In this document: in pieces, positions 40,023-54,300 of the stretch | Numbering within the stretch: position 1 is the stretch's first letter | Layout of the letters: every line of letters begins with the position of its first letter | From: Octopus sinensis | Lineage: Eukaryota | Reading direction: 5' to 3' | Length of the DNA stretch: 64,000 nucleotides | NCBI RefSeq assembly: GCF_006345805.1 | Contig: NC_043003.1 | Location: 25,916,001-25,980,000, forward strand | Notes under the pieces: model-generated | Seen by the model: the letters and a program-made list of their open reading frames with translations, nothing else | The model's database searches: none | Told to the model about the DNA's origin: nothing | Position numbers and translations under genes: made by a program

Positions 40023-40061
<39 letters not shown>

Positions 40062-43000
40062 GAAAGAAAGAATGGAGTCGAACGAAGATTTTAACAAAAT
40101 TCCTTTACTCTCGTTCGACTTCATTCTTTCATTTATTCATATAAAAAAAACACACAAATTACCACACAAGAACACGGGGTTTCTGCCCTTGGCATGTAAC
40201 TTCATCTGTGTTTTCTGACATGAATTTGCTACCCAGGTATCGATTAACCGAATTATCAATACTAGGATAATTCATTCACCTAATTATATATATATATATA
40301 TACTATTCTTATACAAGAATGTTGTTGACAGTGACTTCAAAGTCTCGGCCATCTAAGCCATTGTCAGACTGCCAGTGATGGCTTTAGTCGGTTGTAGTCA
40401 CTGTCAATAACTTTCTTGTATAAGAATGATAAATTTGTACTCCAAAAAAGTATAGAGTAACCCATCAGATTAATGTAAAATTATTTTTATTATAACTGAA
40501 CACAAACAAACAATATATATCATCATCATCATTGTTTAATATCTTCCTTCCTTGCTGTCATGGATTGGACAGTTTGATGGGAGCTGGCCAGGCGGGTGCC
40601 AGCACCATGCCTCTGTGCCTGTTTTGGCATGGTTTTTATGGGTGGATGCCCTTCCTAACACCAACCACTCCATAGAGTGGGTTGAGTGCTTTTTACATGG
40701 CACTCACACAGGTGAGTTCAGTTTTGGCATGGTTTTTACAGCTGGATACTTTTCAAATGTCAGCCACTTTAGAATATGAACTGTTAGAGTCACCAAGTGA
40801 CTTTGCAAATATTTAATTCTTTATTGCCCACAAGAGGCTAAACATAGATGGGACAGACAAAGGGACTAAGTCGATTACATCGACTCCAGTCTGTAACTGG
40901 TACTTATTTAATCGACCCCGAAAGGATAGAAGGCAAAGTCGACCTCGGCAGAATTTGAACTCAGAACGTAGCGGCAGACAAAATACTGCTAAGCATTTTG
41001 CTTCACGTGCTAATGATTCAGCCAGCTCGCCACCTTAATATTGGTGCCGAGGTGGCCTTGTGGTTAAGAAGCTTGCTTTGTAAACCTGTGGTCTTGGGTT
41101 CAGTCCCACTGCACAGCACCTTCTATTATAGTTCCAGACTAACCAAAGCCTTGTGAGATCTACTCACTTCTGGGAGCCAATCACTTATCATCATATGACT
41201 TCCAGTGGGCAGTGACACCATTATACCATCATTACTATTAATCATTACTATAGTCATCATCATCATTATATCATATCTCTGTATAATTCTTTTTGATTCC
41301 AGGAAGTGGTCAGGTTTTTTGAAACGAAACATAAAAACCATTACAAGATCTACAACTTGTGTAGTAAGTAAACCAGAAAATTTAATATGTCACTTTTCAG
41401 AATGTAAAATACTCACTATACCTTCATGTTCATGCTGGCTTCTATTGAATAATAATAATGATAATAATAATAATAACAACAACAATAATAAGACACATAG
41501 CCACATGTTTTGTCAGACTCATAGCCACATATTTTGTATGTGCACTGGTTTCATTTATTTTACGAAAGATTTTTTTCTTCACAACCCAGTGTCAAATGCA
41601 ACATGTCATACAATATAGGTGATTTAAAAAAAAAAATACTATATAAAAATTTTAGCTTTGTATTTTCCTATGTCACATTGTGAATGTTGTAAAAGCCAGT
41701 CATTTTAAAAACTGCTTTGGTGCAATACTCTTTATAAATAGAAGTCTAGTATTCTAACATGAGTGAAGGTTCATGACTTAGTGGTTAGGGCATTCAGCTT
41801 ACAATTGTAAGGTTGTGAGCTTGATTCCTAGCAACGAATTGTGTCCTTGAGCAAGACACTTTATTCCACCTTGCTCCAGTCCGCTCTGCTGGCAAAAACA
41901 AGTAGTACCTGTAATACAAAGGAACCCACCTTGTCACATTCTGTGTCATGCTGAATTTCCCTGAGAACTATGTTAAGGGCACATGTGTCTGTGGAGTGCT
42001 CCACCACCTGTACACTACTTTCAAAAGCTGGCTGTTTTGTTGATCAGGTCAATTCGAACACTCATTGTCATAACCCAATAGAGTGCCAGTTAGAGATTGA
42101 TTCTAATATATATTAATCCTCTCCAGATCTTACATTTCCTATTCATTCAACTAATTTTCAGGTGAACGCGATTATGATGAAAGTCTCTTCCATAACAGAG
42201 TTGAACGAATTTGCATCGATGACCACAACGTGCCATCACTGAAGTAAGTTTATATGTTTCCTTGCTGTATTACATCTTCTAATAGAATCTGCATAATGGT
42301 GAGCCAACGAGGGTAGCCTCTATGTAGTCATATGACTAACTAGAAATAGCAGCCCAATTTCCATTAATCCTTTTGTGACCATATTTCTTATTTATTTATT
42401 GCCCACAAGGGGCTAAACATAGAGGGGACCAACAAGGACAGAAAAAGGTATTTAGTCGATTAGATCAACCCCAGTGAGTAACTGGTACTTAATTTATCGA
42501 CCCCAAAAGGATGAAAGGCAAAGCCAACCTCAGTGGAACTTGAACTCAGAATGTAACGGGAGATGAAATGCCGCTAAGCATTTCACCTGGCGTGCTAATG
42601 TTTCTGCCAGCTTGCCGTCTTGTGACCATATTTCTATTAAAATAAACTACTTTTGCTTCAATTCATTTTGAAAATGATAAAGAATTTAGTAAAATAACTT
42701 AATTTAAGTTCTACACACCAGAATAATAACTAACAAGAAATTTTGATGGATCACTTTAAAATAAAAAAATTGTTATAGAACCAGAGGTGGTCTAAGATGA
42801 GTTGGTATCAAAAGCGTTAAGTTGCACCATACCATCTTATAAAGAGAAGGATACATCGTCGTCATCATTATCATTTAACATCCTTTTTTCCATGCTGCCA
42901 TGGGTTGGATGATTTGACAGGAACAGACAAGCCAGATACATCCATAAATAACTTCAATATGATGGAACAGCTGATATGTTTTTGAATCCTGAGTTTGCTC

Positions 43001-46000
43001 AATCAGGGTTTTGGGTTTATGATTCAAAGGTTCAATTCCTAGACCAGGCAGTACATTGTACCTTTCAGCAACAACATTTTTCACATTACTCCTCTTCTCT
43101 CAGCTGGAGCTAAACAACAACAATGACATGCATTATGGGATACCAGTAATGAAGGTCTACATGGGCACTTACCCTGTTAGAAAAAGAAGTCAAATCTACC
43201 TCAAATTACTTCCTACCATATTAAAAAAAAATGAAGAAACCTGTTTTATGGTGTTGTCATTGATATAATATGTCTCAAAATAAAAAGGGATGGTAAACGT
43301 GGACAAAAATAGGAAAGTGAATTATAAATAATTGTTGAAGGTATGAGTAGTTAAAGGTATCAGGCTCGTGGTCATAAATTCGTGGGTTCAATTTTGCTCT
43401 CTGACAGGTTTATGATTGAGCCTGTGGCAGTGGAGACCTCCAGCATTCTCGGTTCCCCTGGACCATATCTCTGCTCACCTCTATTGGGGAGAGATGGCTA
43501 TCCACAGGTGCGAGCCACATGAGTTGGAGTGACTGTTCCAGTGCATCTCCTTCACCATCCTCTGGGGCAACGCCTTTTCTGTTTTGTCTGCTGGGACTAC
43601 AAGGTGGTCTGAATTACAGGAAATCGAGAGACTGCCTTGAAGAATTGTGTTTTAGTGTAGAAATGCGAAAAACATCCCATACACGTTACATTTTATTATC
43701 CTTCATAAGAATCACACTTAAAATATGATTCTTGGACAGGCTGGTGAATTATATTCTTGAATCAAGCCCTTCATTTCATGTTTTTTGTACACTCGACAGA
43801 AAAATTAGTCCCAACATTGAGGGCTTACCTAGTAATAGACTGGCATCCCATTCAGAGAGGGAGAGGTCTTGAAGAGAAAATTTAGCGACTGCTTGATCTT
43901 CTATTTCTGCTGAAGATAGGTCAGTATAATAGAACCAGTTGCACCATTAGCCTTGATTTAATGATTATAAATAACAAATAATCCTTATAGGTGCAGGAGT
44001 GGCTGTGTGGTAAGTAGCTTGCTTATGAACCACATGGTTCCGGGTTCAGTCCCACTGCGTGACACCTTTGCAAGTGTCTTCTACTATTATAGCCTTGGGC
44101 TGACCAAAGCCTTGTGAGTGGATTTGGTAGACGGAAACTGAAAGAAGCCCGTCGTATATGTGTATACATACATATATATATATGTGTGTGTATGTGTGTG
44201 TTTGTCCCCCCCCAACATCGCTTGACAACCGATGCTGGTGTGGTTACATCCCCATAACTTAGTGGTTCAGCAAAAGAGAATGATAGAATAAGTAGTAGGC
44301 TTACAAAGAATAAGTCCTGGGGTCGAATTGCTCGACTAAAGGCGGTGCTCCAGCATGGCCGCAGTCAAATGACTGAAACAAGTAAAAGAGAGTAAGAGTA
44401 ATTGGGAAATATTGGGAACAAAGAGGGGGTGGGGAGAATGCACCTTTATTTCGGCTTATAATTGCTTTTCAAATATTTTCCTTTTTATTTTTGGCAGGAA
44501 AATGGTCGAATTTTGTTCTGATGTACGAGAATGGATGGCAGCAGACAAGAATAATATCATTGCTGTTCACTGTAAAGGTGGTAAAGGACGAACAGGAACC
44601 ATCATCTGTGTGTGGCTTATAGACTGTGGACTGTTTCAGGAAGCAAAGGTTAGTGTCTTGTACTTCATTTGTGTGTTGTGTGTAGACTGAGTTCAAGGAA
44701 AGACGCAGTTTCCACGACTTTTGCTGCGGATTCTTCTCCAAGATCGATGTGTATGGTTTTAATCTATACGTTCTTTGGTGAATGTTTGCTGGAAAATCGT
44801 AGATGGGGGAAGGAATTGAGGTGTCTGGTTTGAATGCTTGGAACAGAACAAACTCCGTTAAATCATCCAGGAACTTTTAGGCCTATTGTATAAGGGAAGG
44901 AACTGGGTTAGATCTGAATGCTTAAAACAAGTCTGTTACACACCAAAGCAAACTAATGTTAACCAGGGTAACGTATTAAGCCCATAATTTCAAGGGAGAG
45001 AACTGGATTTGGCTCTGATAGTTTGCAAACAGAGTGACTTCGGCTGAAGACATCCAGGGACCTGTGATGATTTATGTAGCGGTAGGCTTACAAGGGAGAT
45101 AACTGCATCTTGCCTAAATGTTAGTCACAGAAAACTCCACTCAAGGCATCGTAGGGTGGACTTATCATCCACTCCGTCCAAAATAAGAAAGAATGGCACC
45201 AGCACTGAGAGGGTGTCCTACTGGAAAGGAGAAAGAATTTGATCTCAAGCACAGTGCATCTCATAATAAGGCTTAGGTTCACCAGAGTAAGGTCAGGTTT
45301 GATAGTCCATCTAATACACTGATACTTTAGATGACAGAGACCCAAATTCTGACGTTCTTATTTGATATTTCGATATTTTATAGAAATAGCAAATAATAAT
45401 AATAATAATAAAGCCCTGATGCAGTGGCTTCTGATCCTAACTGATTGGAAGTGTTATCATGTACATTGTTTTGTCTTGGTATAAAAGATGGGCTACAGCA
45501 AATATTCTGCTTAATACCACAGATTTGTTTGTCAGTTGCTTGACCTTAACCAGTTGAGCATGTCCCTTAGTGGCTGACGATTTGTGCATCTCTGATCACG
45601 AGCAGACGTAGTGGGGGAGCATCATAGCCATGGGTTGAGAGGGATTCTTTGGTGTTTGAATAATTCACTTTTGGAAGCCTGGGTGTTTTGTTCAACATCC
45701 TTAAACAACCCTTATTCAGGGACCTTTCGAGCGGGATGGGTTACTCGACCTGGGAAGCAAGTTTTTTACCACACAGCTATGCCTGTTTGGTTTTCCCCTT
45801 GTGGTTAGGGCGTTGCATTCACAATCTTATGATCTTGACTAGGTGATGTTTTGAGTCCATGAACAAAACACTTCAGTTTCACATTACTCCAGTCTGCTCA
45901 ACTGTAAATGGGTTCCAACAATAGCTGGGAAATAAACCATGCGATCGACCAGCATTGTGGGAGTGTTGTACTCTTAGTCTTTTATTTGCCATGAAACCAG

Positions 46001-47318
46001 GTTAAACTCTCTCATGAGTTTTAGGGCTCATGAAGGGCCTATGCTTAAGTCCTGGTAACCTCTCTGTACAATACCTTCTCAACTTCACATTGCTCTTGTT
46101 TGATATTTCAGTGCTATATATTTCTTTCCTGTGTGATATTTTCATTGTTTAATATTTTCTCTGCCAGACATCCTCTCATTTCAGTATCTTTTCTAAATAA
46201 CATTTTTCTGATGCTTCTCAGGATGTTTTAGAATATTTTGGAGACAGACGCACAGATCTTAGTGTTGGTAAAATGTTTCAAGGTGTACAAACGCCAAGTC
46301 AGGTTAGTATATTTATTGATGTATTCACACACACGCATGCCCAACTTCCATTCTCTAGTTCTCTCTATCTCTCTGCATAGACTATCACATTGTGCTTGTT
46401 ATTACTACACATATCTATAATATAAAATCCATTCTGTCTGTCTGTGTGTGTGTGTGTCTTCTAGGATCTCGGACATCCTCCATCCGATTGTGTTCAAATT
46501 TGATATGTAGATACCAACAATATCAGGGCGTGTATAAGTCTTGAAAAAACTACAAAAATCGATTCCAGGTGAGAATGTGATCGATAAAGCTGAATAAAAT
46601 CGTTTTTCTTTGGAATAGAAAAAAAGTCTATCTTTATTTCTTCTTTTGCTGGTGTCTCAAATTTAGGTTAAATCAGTGTTTCTTGAAAGGGAGGCCTATA
46701 GGGAGGTCGGACAAGTTGTTTTGAGAAAATTTGGTTTAAATGTTCGACAACTCAGCACTGTCCATTGGACAGTGGGAGGGGGTGCGTTTTGCTCGTATAC
46801 ATATATTTATACATATTTACCAACTTTTATACACATATATACACTTACTGCACAATATTCACAAACATCTTCTTTGGCTGCTCTTGTTCAATAATCATCT
46901 CTGGCAGCCTTGCATGTGGGTTACAAGACCTGTTCTTGATCTGCAGTAGTGATGACATTTGTTGCAGATGAAGCTACTTGACACAATGGAGAAGTGATGC
47001 CTCTGCCTCTCATGTGCTCTTTTGTATTCTCTCTGCTGTTTCTCCTCAATGGCTGAGATTACAAGCTTCAGTGATTGGTACCATTCATCGTGCTGCAGGA
47101 CATTGTCCTCCTGGGTGTCTGGGGAGATGTCAGAGTTCTTCAAGTCTCCTCAAAACATCCCTGACATGTTTGTCACTTAAATGTGACTAACCTTAAGGGT
47201 GGATGCTACTGTAGCTTGTAGCCCCAGGAGGACACCTCCTCCAGCTGGCTATTGACACACTTTCTGTGCCCTATCAGTATTTGCAAAGAGAAGTCAAGGA
47301 TTTAGGTGGAAAATATAC

Positions 47319-47350
<32 letters not shown>

Positions 47351-48053
47351 CAGACATACACACACACATATGTATGCTTTTGGATGTATGCAACAGGTGT
47401 CCCATAATGAAAACAGCTTACCCTTTTATCTCAAGAAACATAAAGATACAATACATCACCTGTAATAATCTTTAATAAAAGAATGGAAGGTCACAGCTTG
47501 ATTTATTTTATCATAGTTTTGTTCAATGAAAGCTTCTTTTCCTCTCTGCGAGTTTATTTAACATTTTGGTAAATTTTGCTGAATACTTATCTCTGCATTT
47601 TCAATAGATGTTCCATAGTTTGTGGGGTCTGTGGTGGTTGTTATTTGAACTAGATGTAACTGGTTATTTATGATATCTTTTTTTGTGGATTGTATAATAT
47701 ACAAACAATTTCAGCATGGAAGATGTTTGTAAGCCATTTAAAAACACACAAAAAAAATGTTAGATTCATTTCAGCATTTAAATTTAATTTGTGTCAAAAT
47801 ATTTTCATCGCTTTGAAGCTGCAACCTGTTCACTGTCAAAACTTCGTGAGATGCAGCACAAAGTTTCATCAGTAAACAGGTCGTCGCTTCAAAGCGACGA
47901 AAATATTTTGACACAAATGAAATTTAAATGTTGAAGTGGAACTAATGGTTTTTGTGCATTCTTAAATAGCTTACATACATCTTCCATGCTGCAATTATTT
48001 TTATTTCAGCACATAATCTCAGATCAAGTCATTTGCTATGCAAGTACATCTGT

Positions 48054-48128
<75 letters not shown>

Positions 48129-51100
48129 ATTTTATTTAAATCATCATCATCATCGTTTAACGTCCTTTTTCCATGCTAGCATGGGTTGGACAGTTCAATC
48201 GGAATCTGGGAAGCCAGGAAGCTGCACCAGGCTCCAGTCTGATCTGGCAGTGTTTCTACAGCTGGGTGCCCTTCCTAATGCCAACCACTCCTTGAGTGTA
48301 GTGGGTGCCTTTTATGCACCACCAGCACAGGGGCCAGAGGAGGCTGGCAAATGGTCACAATCAGTTGGTGCTTTTTACGTGTCATCAACACAGATGCCAG
48401 TCAGGCAGCGCTGGCACTCTGAGAGTGTAGTGGGTGCTTTTATGTGCCACCGACACAAGGGCCAGTCAGGCGGTACTGGCAATGGCCATGCTCAAATGGT
48501 GCTTTTTATGTGCCACCTGCACAGGAGCCAGTCCAGCGGCACTGGCAATGACCTTGCTCGAATGTTTTTCATGTGCCACCAGCACAAGTGCCAGTAAGGC
48601 GATGCAGGTAATGATCACACTCAAATGGTGTTTTTTACGTGCCATTGGCATGGAGGCCAACTTGTTGCTCTGGCAACGATCTCCCTTGTGTGGTACTCTT
48701 AGCGCTCCACTAGCATGGATGCCAGTCATCGAATTTGATTTCGATTTCAGTATGTATTATTATATTTGTTTTATTTAATTTTTATTGTTAAAATAAAACT
48801 TTAATAATAATATATTTAAATGCATGTTAATTTTAAATACTAAATATTTACTATTGATTTGCTGTATATCATTTTAGATAATTGAGTAAATACTGGTCAA
48901 ATAAGTGTTCCATAGTCACACATGGGAAGATGGTTGTTTGGAGAGCTTGTGTTCCTTATAGTTAGTTGTGTGTCACTATGACTGATCTGGGGCCAAACAG
49001 CAATAATGATCACAAGTACCCTCATTGAAAATCCCCATACCTATGTAAATAGTCATGTATATACGTACACACACGCACAAACACATATACACTTGTTGAT
49101 GCTGTTTATCCCTTATTGAGCTGACCTATGATTAAAATGCATTCTAGCCACCATAATCTCGTCTTTTTCCAGACATAGTCTATCTAGGAATACATTATCA
49201 AATATGTTCCCTCTTTTTAAGATGGTTGGGAGTGATTTGAGGTAAATTGGTTGCTATTTCTTCCATGTTGAGTGAGCTTTTAAGAGCTCCTTCATATATC
49301 GTAAATCCTCAAGTATAATCAGCACTTTTTTCCCAAAATTTAAAGGTCAAAATGCCTAGTGCGTACTATATACTAGGTTGAAAATGAAAATTATTTTCTA
49401 AGCAATGTCCGAGTCTCTATTTGTATTCTGGCAATGTTTATTCAGACACATTTTGTGATGTCGGGCACGAAAATACATTAAGCTAAGCCTGAAAGCAATG
49501 AAGTCATAAAAGAATCATCCATAACTTGCAGTAAGCAACATTTATTAAAATAAAAGTATTCAGAACACAGAATAACATGTAACAAAAACAATTTGCAAAC
49601 ATATTTACATTCCCATATAACAGTTAAGAACATCACCATTATTGTATTACGCATGCGCAGAAGTGTTTGTTCAACTAGGTGCTGCTGGCTTAATTACGCA
49701 CAACTCAAGTTAGAGAAGGGGTGCGTATTATACACAAGGTTTAGGTTTTTCAGAAGTACAGCCCCCTAAAAATCCCCTGCATATTATACTCAAGGGCGGA
49801 CTATACTCGAGGATTTACGGTACACATTTTTATATATGCCATATTACTTTCCCTCACATCTACTCTAGTGTTATCTCTTTCTATCTCTGTGTCTCTCACT
49901 CGCACTTTCTCTCTCTCTCTCTCTCTCTCATGAAACTATTCTCTGTCTCTATTACAGAGCCGGTATGTCGGTTATTTTGAAAAAATGAAACAGGATTACA
50001 ATGGAAAATTGCCTGAGAAGAAAGAATTGAATCTGATCTCAATAAAAATCACCGCAATTAAAGGTATGTGCAGTAGTGCAACAGAAGTTGCATCAATGCG
50101 TTGGTGGTCATTGATGCAATAGGAGTTGCATCAGTGTGTGGGTGTGTGCAGCAGTGTTTAGTGTTGGCTTAGTGATGCAAGGGAAGTATTGGTGAGCAGC
50201 ATTGCAATGGAAATGTTAGTATGTAGTATTGCAACATAGATGCATTTATGCAGCTGTACATGCGTTGATATGCATTACTGCAACAGGCCTGTGGATATGT
50301 AATAGTGTGACTAAATATTAGTGTATCATATATATATATTTATTTCACCACCTATATTATTGTTATTCATTTTACTAATGATAATAATATCTACATAAAT
50401 ATTTTTGAATATTTATTCATTTAGTGTGTTTGTGTCTGTGTTTGTCCCCTCCAACATCGCTTGACAACCGATGCTGGTGTGTTTATGTCCCTGTAACTTA
50501 GCGATTCGGCGAAAGAGTCTGATAGAATAAGTACTAAGCTTACAAAGAATAAGTCCTGGGGTCGATTTGCTCGACTAAAGGCTGTGCTCCAGCATGGCCA
50601 CAGTCAAATGACTGAAACAAGTAAAAGAGTTAATGTCTGTTTATTTCTACCTTAGAAACTTGGGTTGCTGACACAGCCAAATTAATTATGATAGGTGTCA
50701 AAATTCTTCTATTTGGTTGATGGCTGATAAGGTACTGAGCATGATAGCATCTATTAAGTGTGTATTGCTATTACATTAAAGGAGTTGCTCTCAAACTACC
50801 CTGCTTCATTCATTGTAGTCACTGTGCTGTCATTCTTTAGCCTCAGGTCTGTCAGGATCAATCGGACCTATGATCAAAGGCATTCCGGTCATGACTGTCT
50901 AGTCTTTTCTCAGATATCTTACATATAATTACTCAATGTGCTCTGTCCTTTTTTAAGATGACAGGTTGTGATTTGAGGGAGACTTGGCTACTGATTCAAG
51001 CAAGTCTAGCAATAGCATAGAGATTCCTTCACTCATAATCACCATCTGCTGCTGGAGTCCCAAACCACTGAATCATGGACCAGTACCAGACGGCATAGAA

Positions 51101-51302
51101 AGAATAACTTTATATTCCATTGTCATCTTTCTTGTGCCTGATTTATGCCTTTTCTCTTATATAAAATCTGTTCTATCTGTGTGTGTGTCTTCTTGGATCT
51201 TGAGCATCCTCCATCCGATTGCACTCAAATTGATATGTAGATACCGATGGTATCGGGGCATGTATAAGTCTTGAAAAAATTACAAAAATCGATTCCAGGT
51301 GA

Positions 51303-51336
<34 letters not shown>

Positions 51337-54300
51337 TGTGTACAGTGCTCAGGTGCACTACAACTCATCTAAAGTGTATATATAATCAGGTGTAGTTTCG
51401 ACGGATTTCGGGAAGCATGAGGGCCTTAAAGGATGTAGTGTCATGGCAGTCAACAACTGATGCAGGCAGTTTGCGATAGATAAAGCCGTTTTTGTCCTGC
51501 TTTTCTTCCGTCAACCTGTACATAATGGCACCTTCCATTTTTTTGTTGTTTTTGTACTGCTTAAGGGCACGTTTCTTTCCTGCCAAGCTTACTGTTTAAA
51601 CCATGTTTGTGTTCTCCCAGTCAGCAGCCTTATCATTACTGGTACTTTAAACTCTTCGGTTGCATATTTGTGTGAATAAAATCGTTTTTCTTTGGAATAG
51701 TAAAAAAGTCTATCTTTATTTCTTCTTTTGCTGGTGTCTCAAATTTAGGTTAAATCAGTGTTTCTCAAAGGGGAGACCTATGGGACGGTCGGACAATTCG
51801 TTTTGAGAAAATTTGGTTTAAATGTTTGACAACTCAGCACCATCCATTGGATGGGGGATTGTTTTGCTTGTATATATATAAACTGCAAATCAAAAGTATG
51901 CTTTATTTGTTGTTCTAGGTGTTGGCAATGGTGACGGTAGTGACCTCAGTATAGAGATACGTACCGCTGAAAACCTCATCTATGAGTGCCACTTAGGGGC
52001 AAGTATTAACTGTCAGGTGAGTGAGAGATTTATTTCTCAGTAGACTTGATATATCTCAACAGAAAATAATTTCAAACATGATATTCTTCAACAAAAAATA
52101 TGTTAGTATATAAAACTGCTTTCTGCAGTTAACAGTAATGAAATTTCGATTGGCTATGTCTGATTTCTGCAGTAAAGGGAAAACACCTGTTACAATTGTT
52201 TCAGTTGATCTCTACTTTAAACACACATTACTCATAAATATCTATGAGATAATTTACATAATAATGAAATTATTGTATACAGTGCTCAGGTGCACTACAA
52301 CTTGTCAAAAGTGCATATAAAGCATATGCAGTAATGTACAAATGTCTGGAAAGTGAGCAGTGTATGAATCAGATACATGCTTGCGTGTGTATGGAGAGGA
52401 GAAAATCAGGTGAATCTCAGAAAGCATTTGTTGGTGAATCTCAGAAAGCATGGAAGTTTTGAAGGATGCAGTGCTCCGACAATTAACAACTGATGCCGGC
52501 AGTTTGCACCATACTTCAGCAAGTCTTAGCGTGAAAAAATGTTTCCAAAAGTCATGGGAGCTGTGCTGTTTTCTGACTTTGTAAACATGTCCATGGGTGT
52601 TAGACAGGTGGAGTTTGAAAAAGACTTGTGTAATTTAAAAGCAGTTGAAGTACTTTGTAACACCATCTTCTTTAGACCTGATAGCTTTGTTGATTTATAT
52701 ATATATGTGTGTGCGTGTACATTGATGTTGTTGCAGTTGATTGAGATGCATTTCTATCAACAGGTGATTAAATACACAGACAGTGACAGTATCATGATCA
52801 ACCTGCACCAATGTCCAGTTCTGGTCAATGATATAAAAGTTAAATTCAATTCTACAAATGTAAGTAGACTCCTCAGAGCCCTTCCCCTCACATTCTACTC
52901 TTTTGGTTTTTCTTTCTACCTTTTTCCTGCCTTCATTCTGTCCTTCTCACTCTCACTTCTTATTGTGTTCTTAGAAAAGACATAATGTGTTGTATGATGC
53001 TACACAGTTGTTGCTATTATATTAAAAGACTTTGCCCTCAAATTACCCTGCTTCATTCATTGTGTTATGCTCTCTAATCACTGTGTTGTCATTCTTTAGC
53101 CCCAGGTCTGTCAGGATCAAGCAGACCTATGATCAAAGGCATTCCAGTTATGACTGTCCAGTCTTTTCTTGGATATCTTACATATAATTACTCAATGTGC
53201 TCTGTCCTTTTTTAAGATGACAGGTTGTGATTTGAGGGAGACTTGGTTACTAATTCAAGCAAGTCTAGCAATAGCATAGAGATTCCCCTACTCATAATCA
53301 CCATCTGCTGCTGGGGTCCCAAATCACTGGGCCACAAACCAGTACCAGTCTGCATAGAAAAAATAAATGTTTAAATTTTGTTTTATTAACTATCGCAGTC
53401 TGCAGGTTGATTTTTTGCATTAGTTATGTAATATATGTTATATATATATATATATAATAATTATATTATATATTTCACCAATGAAGGAGTCATACCCAAT
53501 GACTGGTGTAGCAGCACGACAGTCAACTGCTACAAAGGTAAAAGTGATGCATTAGATACAAATAATTACAGAGGTATCAAGTTGTTGGATCAGGTAATGA
53601 AAGTCACAGAGAGGGTCATAGCCCAATTAATTAAGGAGAGAGTCAGTCTAGAAGAGATGCAGATTGGGTTTGTGCCAAGGAAAAGCACCACTGATGCTAT
53701 ATTTCTGGTAAGGCAGATGCTGGAGAAATATATAGCCAAAGATAAACCTCTGTACTTGGCATTTCAGAATTTTAAGATCATATTGTTTAGTTCCAAGTCA
53801 TCTTTGACTGAGCAGATGTATGATGAAAATAGTTCGAGTTATGACCTGCACTCCACTCTTCTTTGGTCAGACTATGTAAACTAATCATCCCCTCTCTCTC
53901 ATTTTAAGGGTGTAATTAAAAGGAGATTTAGCTGTTATTTCTAGCAAGCTAAGCAACCACATAGTGCCCTTTTTTTTTTACCAAAGGATTCCTAATTGTG
54001 TTTGAGTAAAAAATGATTTGGACATAAATATGGCATAAATTTATAAAGTTACATTCAATTCTGGAAGAGGAATAGTTTTATTGAGAAATACACTTGGCTA
54101 CAAACCAAAGAGATATAGGAGTGAGGTTCAAATCTCACTCACCTGATAACTTTTTTTTTTATTTGTCTTTCTTGTAATATTCTCCTCCATTTTCATATTT
54201 ACATTTAATACATGCAAATTTATTCATTTTCCTTTTCTGTTTCAGAAAAAACTTCCAAAGGGATATGATAATTGTCCGTTTTATTTCTGGTTTCACACAT

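Noticed and set aside
44498-44648. Call as PTEN
   Set aside because: The motif is HCKGGKGR rather than HCKAGKGR, an upstream S1-S4 sensor is present, and there is no PTEN C-terminal tail.
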